Positions 18,740 through 29,000 of a stretch of DNA of 64,000 nt are shown here, piece by piece. The stretch spans positions 845-64,844 of the forward strand of contig JAZDOD010000010.1 of NCBI GenBank assembly GCA_043798995.1, given 5' to 3'. How positions within the stretch are numbered: the first letter of the stretch is position 1; the number at the start of each line of letters is the position of its first letter. The stretch is from a bacterium. GTDB taxonomy: Bacteria > Patescibacteriota > Patescibacteriia > JAACEG01 > JAGUWE01. Below the pieces are notes generated by a model. The model had not been told where the DNA came from. It was given only the letters and a program-made list of their open reading frames with translations, and searched no databases. The position numbers were made by a program, and so were the translations under genes.

Positions 18740-18850
18740 AAATCTCCCTCAGTCCCTCTTTTACAAAGAGGGAAGTCACTTCTCTCCCTTTAGAAAAGGG
18801 AGAGTTTCCGCCCAAGGCGGATCCGCCTCTGGCGGAAAAGAGGGATTTGC
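18739..18850. repeat. Right direct repeat flanking the DUF559 gene
   Basis: See 18219-18374. It is a shorter copy that lacks about 45 nt from the middle of the left copy. Confidence 0.75.
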
Positions 18851-18859
18851 ACATCTCTT

Positions 18860-19615
18860 ATGACCCTTATTTTTATCTTTCTTTTCGGCCTGATTATCGG
18901 CAGTTTTCTTAACTGCCTGATTTGGCGGACTTACCAAGGAAAGTCGTTTATAAAGGGCCGCTCAATTTGTCCCAAGTGCCGTCATCAACTTGCTTGGCAA
19001 GACAATATCCCTATTTTAAGTTTTATAATGTTAAGCGGCAAATGCCGCTGGTGTGGCAAACCAATTTCCTGGCAGTATCCCTTAGTGGAATTGGCTACGG
19101 CTATTTTATTTGTTTTGGCGTATTTTGTTGAATTGCGGGTTGCGGGTTGCGGGTTGCGGGTTTTAGCGATAGCTCGCGATTGGTTTTTTATCGCCGTTTT
19201 AATCATTATTTTTGTCCAGGATTTGCGCTGGCAGGTGATTTTAGACCGAATAACTTTGCCGGCCATGGCGGCTGCTTTACTTTTTAATTTAATCTTGGGT
19301 TTTTCTTTAGGAAATCTTTTAATTTCTGCTATAATAGGAGGTAGTTTTTTTGCTATCCAATATCTGGTTTCCCGCGGCCGCTGGATTGGAGGAGGGGATA
19401 TTAGAATGGGGGCGTTAATGGGTCTGATGCTGGGCTGGTCGGTTCTTTTAGCCATTATGTTTGGCTATTGGCTGGGGGCGATCGCGGGAATTTATTTAAT
19501 TCTTAGCGGCCAAAAGAAATTTTCAAGTAAAATCCCGCTTGGCACTTTTTTGGCAATCGGCACAATTGCGGCACTTTTTTGGGGAGAGGCAATATTAGAA
19601 ATTTTTAATTTCTAA
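18860..19615 (+). CDS. pilD: Prepilin peptidase (A24 family) PilD
   Basis: N-terminal zinc-binding CxxC...CxxC ('CPKCRH...CRWCGK') and a polytopic membrane peptidase domain 'IGGGDIRMGALMGLMLGW'. Confidence 0.85.
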   Translation: MTLIFIFLFGLIIGSFLNCLIWRTYQGKSFIKGRSICPKCRHQLAWQDNIPILSFIMLSGKCRWCGKPISWQYPLVELATAILFVLAYFVELRVAGCGLRVLAIARDWFFIAVLIIIFVQDLRWQVILDRITLPAMAAALLFNLILGFSLGNLLISAIIGGSFFAIQYLVSRGRWIGGGDIRMGALMGLMLGWSVLLAIMFGYWLGAIAGIYLILSGQKKFSSKIPLGTFLAIGTIAALFWGEAILEIFNF

Positions 19616-19620
19616 ATTCA

Positions 19621-20274
19621 ATGAAAATTAAAAAATGCCTGCCTGCCGGCGAGGCAGGGAAATTGAAACAAAATTTTGGTTTCACCATTATTGATCTTTT
19701 GGTTTCTATGGCTATTATGACGCTTTTAACTCTAACCTCGATAATAAGTTTTAGACAGGCCGAGCGAAACCAAAATTTAAACAACGCCGCTGAAATTTTA
19801 GCTAGTCAAATTAGAGAGCTTGAAAACATGGCCATTACGGGCAAAGAAGCTCAAGCTGGCCAAGTGCCAGCCGGTGGTTATGGTATTCACTTTGAAAAGA
19901 CCGTAGAGAATATTTTTTATTTCTTTTTTGCTGATATGGATCGCGATTTATTATATAAAACTTCAATCCCGGCAGATCTCGTGCCTTATTTTTCAACCTC
20001 TGATCGCGAGATCGAATTAAAAAAGAAATATTCTCCGCACCCGGATATTATTATTTCTGAGATTAATATTAATGGTCTACCAGTTAATTGGGGGGAAACC
20101 CTATCTCTAGACATAGTTTTCAAAACACCTAATGCTAAGGTTTATGTTAATGGCGAAACAAAAATTAATTTTGTTCTCATTAACTATGTTTCAATTGCTT
20201 TAAAACATACTAAAATTGATAAAACTAAAACTATTAAGATTTATCCTCTTTCGCGGCAGATTAGTGTAGAATAA
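19621..20274 (+). CDS. Minor pilin / pseudopilin (prepilin-type N-terminal domain)
   Basis: 'NFGFTIIDLLVSMAIMTLLT' is a class III signal variant (D at +5). Confidence 0.6.
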   Translation: MKIKKCLPAGEAGKLKQNFGFTIIDLLVSMAIMTLLTLTSIISFRQAERNQNLNNAAEILASQIRELENMAITGKEAQAGQVPAGGYGIHFEKTVENIFYFFFADMDRDLLYKTSIPADLVPYFSTSDREIELKKKYSPHPDIIISEININGLPVNWGETLSLDIVFKTPNAKVYVNGETKINFVLINYVSIALKHTKIDKTKTIKIYPLSRQISVE

Positions 20275-20285
20275 AATTAACTCAA

Positions 20286-20672
20286 ATGTCAAAACTCAAA
20301 ACTCAAAACCACAACTTAAATCTTAAAACTAACGTTAAATACCGTACCTACTATTTTTCTTTAGATGTAATTAAACTTGTTGCTACCCTGCCAAATGAAA
20401 GGATATATTGGATTATTAGTGATCAATTATTGAGATCCGCTACTTCTATTGGAGCTAATATTGTTGAAGCTAAGTCAGCGAGCTCCCGAAGAGATTTTAT
20501 TAAATTTTATGAAATTGCTTTAAAATCTGCTAATGAAACTAAATACTGGTTTTGTCTTCTAAGAGATGGAACCAAAGTTGACAAACAAGGGATAAACAAA
20601 CTTTTAAATGAAGCAGAGGAAATATCAAGAATGATAGGATCAAGTTTACTTACACTTAAAAATAAAAGATAA
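20286..20672 (+). CDS. Four-helix-bundle protein (IVS-protein family), copy 2
   Basis: 'SIGANIVEAKSASSRRDFIKFYEIALKSANETKYWFCLL'. Inverted repeats built from 'tcaaaactcaaaac' words lie at 20283-20312 and 20697-20724. Confidence 0.7.
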   Translation: MSKLKTQNHNLNLKTNVKYRTYYFSLDVIKLVATLPNERIYWIISDQLLRSATSIGANIVEAKSASSRRDFIKFYEIALKSANETKYWFCLLRDGTKVDKQGINKLLNEAEEISRMIGSSLLTLKNKR

Positions 20673-20776
20673 GAAGTTTAAAGGTTTTAACATTTAATTT
20701 TGACATTTGACTTTTGAGTTTTGAAATTAGAGGATGAACATAGAGAAAATATTATCAATCAATTTGATTCTCAAAT

Positions 20777-21547
20777 ATGATAAAATTTTATAAGAATAAT
20801 CGTGGTCAAAGTTTGATCGAGCTTTCGGTAGCGATTGGCTTAACCTCTATGGCTCTTTTAGCCATCATAAGTTTGGTTTTGATTGGGATTGTTACCCAAA
20901 GAAAAAGTGCTAATTATTATATTGCTATTAATTTAGCTCGTGAAGCCATTGAAACTGCTCGCAATATACGCGATACTAATTGGCTTATTAGAGAAAAAGA
21001 AATAAAAGATACTGGCGTTGCTACAACGCTTTGGGATAATTATTTATATAACGGAAATATTTACTCTGCTATTTTAAAATTTCTCCCGGAGACCGATTTA
21101 AGCAGTATCCCTAGCAGATTAAATTTTGAATTTATCGATCCAGTAGCGGAAAAAGAGAAAACTATCATTTATGAAAAAAAATTAACGCCAGGCGAGACGA
21201 CTGTTTATTTAGATTATTCTTGTGTTGATTGTCAGAAAACTAATTTTAAGCGCTTAATTCATTTAAAACCTATTTGCAATGGTGATACAGGCTATTCCGG
21301 TAATCACGACGCCTTTTTAGCAGCTAACGGAGCGGATTGTCCCGAGGATACGAGTGTGGCTGGCTGTGAGGTTGTCAATCCTCCTCTTAAACCAGACAAA
21401 ACCTGCAATTTTATCTGTGAAAATAATTGGTTCTGCAATGATCTGGCTCCCAAAATAGGTATTAGGGCGGTGGTGGAAATCAATTGGACCGAAGGCGGGC
21501 GGACCAATAATTTAAAATTAGTTGATGATATTTATAATTGGCGCTAA
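20777..21547 (+). CDS. Minor pilin / pseudopilin
   Basis: 'NRGQSLIELSVAIGLTSMALLAIISL' prepilin motif. Confidence 0.65.
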   Translation: MIKFYKNNRGQSLIELSVAIGLTSMALLAIISLVLIGIVTQRKSANYYIAINLAREAIETARNIRDTNWLIREKEIKDTGVATTLWDNYLYNGNIYSAILKFLPETDLSSIPSRLNFEFIDPVAEKEKTIIYEKKLTPGETTVYLDYSCVDCQKTNFKRLIHLKPICNGDTGYSGNHDAFLAANGADCPEDTSVAGCEVVNPPLKPDKTCNFICENNWFCNDLAPKIGIRAVVEINWTEGGRTNNLKLVDDIYNWR

Positions 21548-21571
21548 TTAGAATTTAGCCTTTTTTGAATT

Positions 21572-22198
21572 ATGTATTACAAACAAAAACAAGTCGGTTT
21601 TACTTTATTAGAAATGATTGTGGTACTTGGTATTTTTTCCATTGTGGTAGTGGTAATATCCTCAATTTTAAATTCTATATTTTTATCAAGAAAAGTAATT
21701 GTCGCCCGAGAAAAACTACAAAGTGATTCTAACTCAATTATAGAAATTATCAGTAGAGATTTTAGGACCGCTCGTTTATATTACCCCTGGTATAGCGATT
21801 CAAATCCTTTGGCTGGAGAGTTAACCGCCACCAATCCAACGGAAAGTTTGGCCTTAATTGATCAAAATGGCAATATGGTTATTTATCGTAAATCTCAAAA
21901 TCAAGGCAATTGCGGTGAAAGAACTCCGGATGTTTGCTTAGTCGTAGCAGTAGGAACAGAAAGTGAGTTTGGCCTGTTAACTTGGACCAATGTTACGCCC
22001 CAAGATGTTAATTTAGTTGATGTTAAATTTTATCTTGAACCAATTAGAGATCCTTTTGATATCACCAATGGAATTGATAAACAACCATTGGTTGCTATTA
22101 TTTTAAAAACCGAAGCTCAAGCAGGCAACAGCCAAAATAAAGTCAGTGGATTTATCCAAACATCTATTTCTTCGCGTTTTTATCAGGAACGCTACTAA
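21572..22198 (+). CDS. Minor pilin / pseudopilin
   Basis: 'KQVGFTLLEMIVVLGIFSIVVVV' prepilin motif. Confidence 0.7.
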   Translation: MYYKQKQVGFTLLEMIVVLGIFSIVVVVISSILNSIFLSRKVIVAREKLQSDSNSIIEIISRDFRTARLYYPWYSDSNPLAGELTATNPTESLALIDQNGNMVIYRKSQNQGNCGERTPDVCLVVAVGTESEFGLLTWTNVTPQDVNLVDVKFYLEPIRDPFDITNGIDKQPLVAIILKTEAQAGNSQNKVSGFIQTSISSRFYQERY

Positions 22199-22236
22199 AC
22201 TAACTTTAAAATTCATTCCTTGGTGGATTTGAAATT

Positions 22237-22270
22237 TAAAACCATCCCTTGGATTTAGGGATGGTTTTAA
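22237..22270. terminator. Bidirectional hairpin terminator between convergent genes
   Basis: 'aaaaccatccct-tggattt-agggatggtttt' is flanked by A/T runs on both strands. Confidence 0.6.
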
Positions 22271-22387
22271 ATTTGTTTAAGGTTTATAATGAATGATTTT
22301 ATAGAGATGTCTTTAGTGCGGGATTCTGCTTCACCTAGATGACTTGACACCGTGCGAGGCACCACGGGCTTGCCCGCGGTGCTCCAT

Positions 22388-22876
22388 TTAAATCGGTAAA
22401 AGACGGATTTCTTGAGGAGTAATTTCTTCTTTATATTTAATATTTTCGTTGGCGATAATTTCAATTAAATCACCAATTTTTAAGTCCCGAATTTTAATTT
22501 GAGTTATTAGATTGGTAAAAGAAATTTTGTTGCCTTCGGCTTGGGGTAGATTAACGATTTTTTTTATTACTGTTTTGTCAGTAATAATGATTTTTCTTTC
22601 GGTTGGAATTTGAGCAGCTTTGGGATTTTGAGCAGGTAAATACGTTGCTACGGTTAAAGTATTTTTTTCTGCATCAATGGCCGTAATTTTGCCATTGAGC
22701 AGTCGTGTTTCTTCAACAAATTCTTGGGTTTCTTGTTGAGCTTGAATTTGTTCTAAAATGTTCTTTTTTGGTTTAAGAGGCAGGGTTATTTCTTGGCGCC
22801 AGAAATACCAACTTACTGCGCCAGTTATCACAATTATTACCAACACAATGATTAAAATTTTAAGCTTTTTGTTCAT
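22388..22876 (-). CDS. Hypothetical membrane-anchored protein (the only clear minus-strand gene in the first 40 kb)
   Basis: A 162-aa ORF with an N-terminal TM 'ILIIVLVIIVITGAVSWYFW'. No recognizable domain. Confidence 0.5.
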   Translation of the reverse strand: MNKKLKILIIVLVIIVITGAVSWYFWRQEITLPLKPKKNILEQIQAQQETQEFVEETRLLNGKITAIDAEKNTLTVATYLPAQNPKAAQIPTERKIIITDKTVIKKIVNLPQAEGNKISFTNLITQIKIRDLKIGDLIEIIANENIKYKEEITPQEIRLLPI

Positions 22877-23043
22877 AATTTTGGAAATTAAATAAATTTT
22901 ATTTTATAAGCGAGATGTTTTTGGGCTCACCCTCACCAAGCAGTAGTCTACCACAGACATTGTTTCGCTAAAACTAGGCGAAGGTGAACAGGCGAAGGCC
23001 TGTGGATAAATTTGCAAAAAGAGTAGGAATTTCTTGTCTCTTA

Positions 23044-23052
23044 TGGTATAAT
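23044..23052 (+). promoter_or_regulatory. Extended -10 promoter 'TGgTATAAT' upstream of the 3,046-aa gene
   Basis: 'cttatGGTATAATaactac' lies 42 bp upstream of the ATG at 23094. Confidence 0.45.
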
Positions 23053-23093
23053 AACTACATTATAATATATTTTAAAATAAAACAAAAGCCAAG

Positions 23094-26000
23094 ATGTCAA
23101 CAAGTAAAAATAAAAACACTTTTTGCTTTTCCCTACTAAAATTTAACCGAATTGTTAAGCCCTTATTAATGACTGGTATTTTTTTATTTTTTCTTTTTCT
23201 AAATTTTTTGCCCTGGCCGGCTAAAGCGGTAGAGATTAGTAATTTTAATCTTTCTCCCGGATGCGATAATAAGACTGATAATCCCGTCAACTGTGTGCCT
23301 GGTCAGATAGTAATAGAAGCGAGATGGGCAGCCCTAGATAATGCACTTTGCCCGACCGTGTCGGAAAATAAATGTTACTATAGAATTTTAAGAAAAGAAA
23401 GCTCGCCCACAGGGAGTTTTGTGACTTTAGTTAGCAACTTAACTTATATAAGCGGTGCTTCGGCAGTTTGGCGAGATACCGGCGGCGGATCTTATCCCCT
23501 GAAAGAAAGAACCAACTACACTTATAAAATAGAAGCTCGTGACGCCAGTGGCGGAACAATTTATGGCACCAGCGGCGAGAAAGAGACAATGAGCAAGGTT
23601 TGCGGCTGCCCGCACCCGTTTGTTTTATATGGAGCCAGTAATGATTGTGACGGCAATATTTCTCAAATCGGATTAAGTTGGCAAGAAACTGCCATTGAAG
23701 TGAGAGACGGGCGTGGGACTTCCATTTTAGCGCCTCACTACGGAATTTATCGTTGGAATGGTCCTTGCAGCAGCTCAAGTTGTTATGACCCTTCTAATGC
23801 AGTCGGATTTATTGATCGAGCCATTGCCTGTCAGGCTGGTAAATGTTTTTTTGTTGACGGCAATAATTCTGCCAAACGGCTCGAATTCAATAAAAGTTAT
23901 TATTATAAAGTAGTAGCTTATAGTGAGGGCGCGGAGAGAGCTTCTGCCAATCAATTAACACCAATAGCTGCTTTTTGTCCTAAACCCGTAATTCCCTCTA
24001 ATAGTGCCACGCCGCCCGGCTTAGAGCTTGACTGTAATCCCCTACAATTGAAATTAAGATGGGATGATTGCGCTGGCGCAACTAATCCTGCGGCCTGTCA
24101 GCAAAGTCGGCTTAACGTCCCTATCTTTTATAATATTTATAAAAATACCAATGAGAATGGCTATATTTGGATTAATTCACTGGCTGCCAATTCTTCCCAA
24201 TCTCCTTGCCAGTGGCAGAGCAACAAATTTAGTTGTCAATTTAGTGACAGCATTAAAAGTAATTTTAGCTATAGTTATTATGTTAAGGCAGCTGGCCAGG
24301 GCTGGACTTTAGACAGCAATTATAGCGAACTACTGACAATAATACCAGGCGCCTGCGCCGTTCAGATTAATCCGCCTGATTATCTATGGGTTACGCCTTT
24401 TTGCGATTCGCTTGATAATAATAAACCCAAGATGACTTTAAGCTGGGGTTACACTGCCACTCCGCCGGCTAATATCAGACGCTATTATATTCATAAATAT
24501 CGTTGCACTAATCCCCCAACTTGTAGCAGCTGGCAAGCCATTACCAAAGACGGGAATACAACTTATTACGATAGTTATAACACTACAGCCGAAGATGTGA
24601 TTTGGGTTGACGGTTCTCAAAGTTATCATACAGTGATTGCCGGTGAAACTTATCGTTATCAAGTGAAAACCGAAACTACCGACGGAGTCAGTAATCCTAC
24701 CCCCCCCAGCACTTCGGTCAAAGCTCGTGAAGATTGCGTTTCGCCGCCTCATACAGCTACTCCGGTTTTAACCTTGGGAGCTAGTTGTTCTAATTTAGCC
24801 CCGGTTATGATCTTAAATTGGACGCCGCCCAAAACCGACGGCAATGGCGACGGCAATAGCGACGGCACTACCGACGATATTTTTGTTTATCATATTTTAA
24901 AAAACGGCGTACTTTATACTGATACCGCCAATTCTGATTCTTATATAGACACATTCAACGTTAGCCCTGGCCAGCCGTATTATTATCAAATTATTGCCGA
25001 TGGGCCAGGCGGCCCAGCGGCTTCCAATCTTACCCCAACGGTAGTTAGCCGAGACGATTGCAATAAACCCACGCCTTTTAAATTAATCACCGTGGCTAAA
25101 AGTTGTCTTCCGCCGAGTCAGCATCAAGTTTATTTGGATTGGCAAAACTCATCTAATCTTAGCCGTTACGAAGTTTTTAGAAAAGCGACCAATAGCCCCC
25201 CTGATTGTACTACCAGCGAAGGGCGACTTTCGGCCGGCCTAATTACCAATCTTAATGTCACTAACTTTACTGATACTGAAAACTTAGTCGAAGGCGCGAC
25301 TTATTATTATTTTATCAGGGCTTCGGTTGACGGCGGCAGCTGTACTTTAGCCACCCTAGCCAGCGGCGTGAGCAATGCCGTGACCATTCCTTATACCACC
25401 CCAGGCCAGCCGAGCGGTCTTGCCGCTACGCCCCAGTGCTTAAATAGCTGGCAAAGCAGTATCCGCCTTACTTGGACAGTTGATCCCGCCGTAGCCAGTT
25501 ATAAGCTCTGTTACAATACTTCGCCGGCGGTGACCGAAGCTAATTGCACCCAGTCCTTACTTTCTACTGGTTCTTATGATTTCACCAATAATGTTACAGT
25601 TGGTCAGAATTATTATTTTGCCATTCAGGCCGATAGCGGTTGTGCCAAAAGTTTGTCAGCCGTGGTGGGGCCAACAACGGCTCGTTGTTGCCCGCCACCA
25701 AGTTTTTCCATAAACGGCACGGCAACCTGCCAATCAACGGCCGCGGCCCAACATACCCTTTCTTGGACTACTCATTCCTCGGCTGAAAGCTATGAGGTTT
25801 TTCAATCAGCCAATAATCTTGACTTTTCTTCTTTAGGTTTGCGGGTTTCACCTTTTAATACCTTAGTTGGCCCAAATAACACCTTTTACTATTTTGTCCG
25901 AGCCAAAGCTACTTGTGGATTAGAATATACTAATTCTAATACTTCTCAACTGGCGATTAATTGTCTTCAGTCCGCCAGTCCAACCTTAACCTTGAGCAGC

Positions 26001-29000
26001 ACCAGTTGTATTGGTGGCTATCCGGCTATTGCCTTTAGCTGGAGCCAATCAGCCAATGCCACTTCTTATAGCATTTATCGCTGCCAAGGAACTAGTTGCC
26101 CGCCCAACACAGAGATTAAAAGCGGTTATAATGGGACAAGCTATAATGACATAGGTGGCGAAGGTCAAGCACCCATAAGCGGCAATCTTTACAGTTATCA
26201 GATTAAAGCCATCAATGCCAATAGTAATAGTTTTAATCTTTCTAATTCTATCCAAAATATTTCAGCGCCTTATTGTCCGCCCGGTCCTTTTATTTTATCT
26301 TCCGCAACTAATTGCGATCCAGTGGCGAATAGGCCGATTTTTAAACTTAAATGGACCAAGGCGGCTGAACCAGCGACTTTGGATAAATATAAAATTTATC
26401 GGGTGACGGGCTTTATTTCCGGCCGAGGGCCAAGCGATCCAGTGGTAGCAGAAAAAGCCGGCACTTTTTTTGACCAATGGTGGACTGATGATACATTTCC
26501 GCCCGGCGAACCAATCAATGACCAAAATTATTCTTATTATGTTGAAGCCGTAGCCAAAAATAATGCCGGTTCTTCCTATTCTAATATTGTCAATTTGAAA
26601 AAGGACTGCCAAGGCCCGACCGGGACTTTGGCTTTAACCGCTAATGCCTCTTGTGATGCCAATGACGATCCTTATGTTGATTTGGACTGGACAATGAGCA
26701 ATTTGACTGATGTGGCCTCTTACAAGCTTTATCGGGGGGGCCAATTAATTTATACCGACGCCACTATTTCGGCCGTGGAAACTTATCCCGATTCCAATAT
26801 CGAAAGCGGTTCTTCTTATAATTATGCGGTGAGGGCGTGCGACCAAAATAATTTATGTACCAGCGATTCGGTCGTCAATAATGTTTCAGCGCCTTATTGC
26901 CCGGTCGGTATTCCGGCTGATTTGCAAGTCGGTGCTATTTGCCAAGAAGTAGATTTGCCCGCGGTTAATTTAAGCTGGCAGCCGGCCAAAAACGCCACCC
27001 AGTACACCGTTGTCAGAAAGATAGGAGGGGTCATTAATAAAACTTACTCGGTTACCGCTACTTCTAAATCAGATAATGAGGTGGTGGGCGGGACAACTTA
27101 TACTTATCAAATCATTGCCAAAAATCCAGCTAATTTGTGTGCTACCAATGATTGTGCCGTTTGTGCTGGCCAATGTTCAACTGTCCAAACCGCCTCGGTG
27201 CCTACTTGCGGGGTTAGTGAGCCGGTTCTTTTTGCTGACAGATATTGTAGCGGAGAAGGAGTGCCGGCTGATTTAAAGTGTTTTAGTCAGGGTGATCAGT
27301 ACGGCACTTATGCTCATTTTTGTTGGACAGCTGACGAATCAGCGGGAGCGCCGCTTTGGTGCCGCCTAGAAAGACAAACTCCTGAAGGCTGGTGGCTGGT
27401 TAAAACCCCGACTTTTCATAGCCAGGGGATATACGATTCTGGTTCTTCTACCGTTGATAATATTGCTACAACTCAAAGGAATAATATTACTAATCGAGCT
27501 TATTCAGCGCTTAGCTTTTATGATTTTTATGAGTCAGTCGTGCTGGGTCGGAGTGGCGTCAGTATGGTTCCTTCGCGCATCCAGCTTCTAGCCGGCATTT
27601 ATCCGGTCGGACCTTATCCTGAAGCTTCCCGGAATGTGACTTTGGACTTTTGGTTTAAAATTGGTCCTTACTCTTGTCTTACTAATAGAGATGATTTATT
27701 TTATTCGTTCCTTTGGAAACATAGCGGCGATCAAACTCAACCAGATTTTAGAATATCTTATAATGCTATTAACAACGGTGGTTATCAAGATGACTTAGTG
27801 ATGCTGAAAACAGATGAACTCGTGATCGTTGCTCCTGAGTCAGAAAGAGCAACTTTAATTAATTATCCAGAGCCAGGAGGCGGTTTAACTTGCGATACTT
27901 GGCATCATTTTCTTTGGACCCAAGACCAGACCTCGGGTCAGACCCAGGTTTATCTTGATAAAACTTTAGCTTACAATGGTCTTTGGGGTAGAAATTTTAC
28001 GAGAAATAATAACTTATATTTTGGTTGCGAATCTTTTTTTATGCCTGGCACAGCTAGTTATTTCCGCGTGCCGGAAACAATTTTTGACGAAATTAAAATC
28101 TGGCCGGACAAGATTATAAATAGCCGCCAAGTCCAAAAACTTTATGATCAAGATTACACCAAGCTAACAACATGGCCGGTTTTAAAAAATGTAATAGCTG
28201 TAACAACCTCCGCCGGCGGTTATCACACCTGCGCCCTTCTTGAAGACAAGACAGTTAAGTGTTGGGGGGAAAATGGCTTTGGCCAGCTCGGCCTTGGTAA
28301 TACTAATAGTCCCCAACTTAACCCAGTTTCAGTTCCTAATTTATCTAATGTCAAAGCCGTCGCCGTCGGCTTTTTTCACACCTGCGCCCTTCTTGAAGAC
28401 AAGACAGTTAAGTGTTGGGGGGAAAATTACTATGGCCAAGTCGGTGATGGTACTACTGTTACTCTCGCATTGAGCCCAGTTTTTGTTCATGATGTTAGTG
28501 TTAGTGGTGTTGTTTGGGCTGATTACCACACTTCTTACGATGATTTTGAGACAATTGAAGGCGGGCAATATAATTATCAGGTGACTTGCGGCTACACTGG
28601 CGGAGCAACCAGAACCACACCGGGTAACTTTGCTTTTCCCTGGTGTCAGCCAGACATTGATTTTCCCCAGACCAATGATTTACAAGGCATTTGTTCTGAT
28701 TGGGCCGATAAAAATAAAAATATAGTTGCTGATCAAACAGCTGATTGTTCCGGCGGTTATTCTGATGATACCGAAGAAATTGCGGAATCCAAGTATCAAC
28801 CTCAAGCTCCCTACGCACTGCTGGCTTGGGATTATTTAGGTGGGGCTGAAACTGTTGAAGTTAAAAGATATCAAGAAGGACAATCTGAAACCGAGGCAAT
28901 TACTTTAGCCAGTTTCTCGGTTGATCCGACTGATCCTAATAAGGCGAGCAGTGATATTCAGTGTCCTGAGGGTCATTGTTACTGCCAAGACCGCAGCGTC

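Noticed and set aside
22300-22390. GC-rich structured segment 'gcgggattctgcttcacc…caccgcgggcaagcccgtggtg' considered as a small ncRNA or tRNA fragment
   Set aside because: No tRNA cloverleaf or known ncRNA signature could be fitted. It lies in the 3' UTR of the minus-strand gene 22388..22876 and contains a hairpin, so a terminator or UTR structure is the simpler reading.
22880-23050. Structured-looking leader upstream of the 9-kb gene considered as a riboswitch
   Set aside because: No conserved riboswitch core could be recognised by eye. Only the extended -10 promoter is reported.
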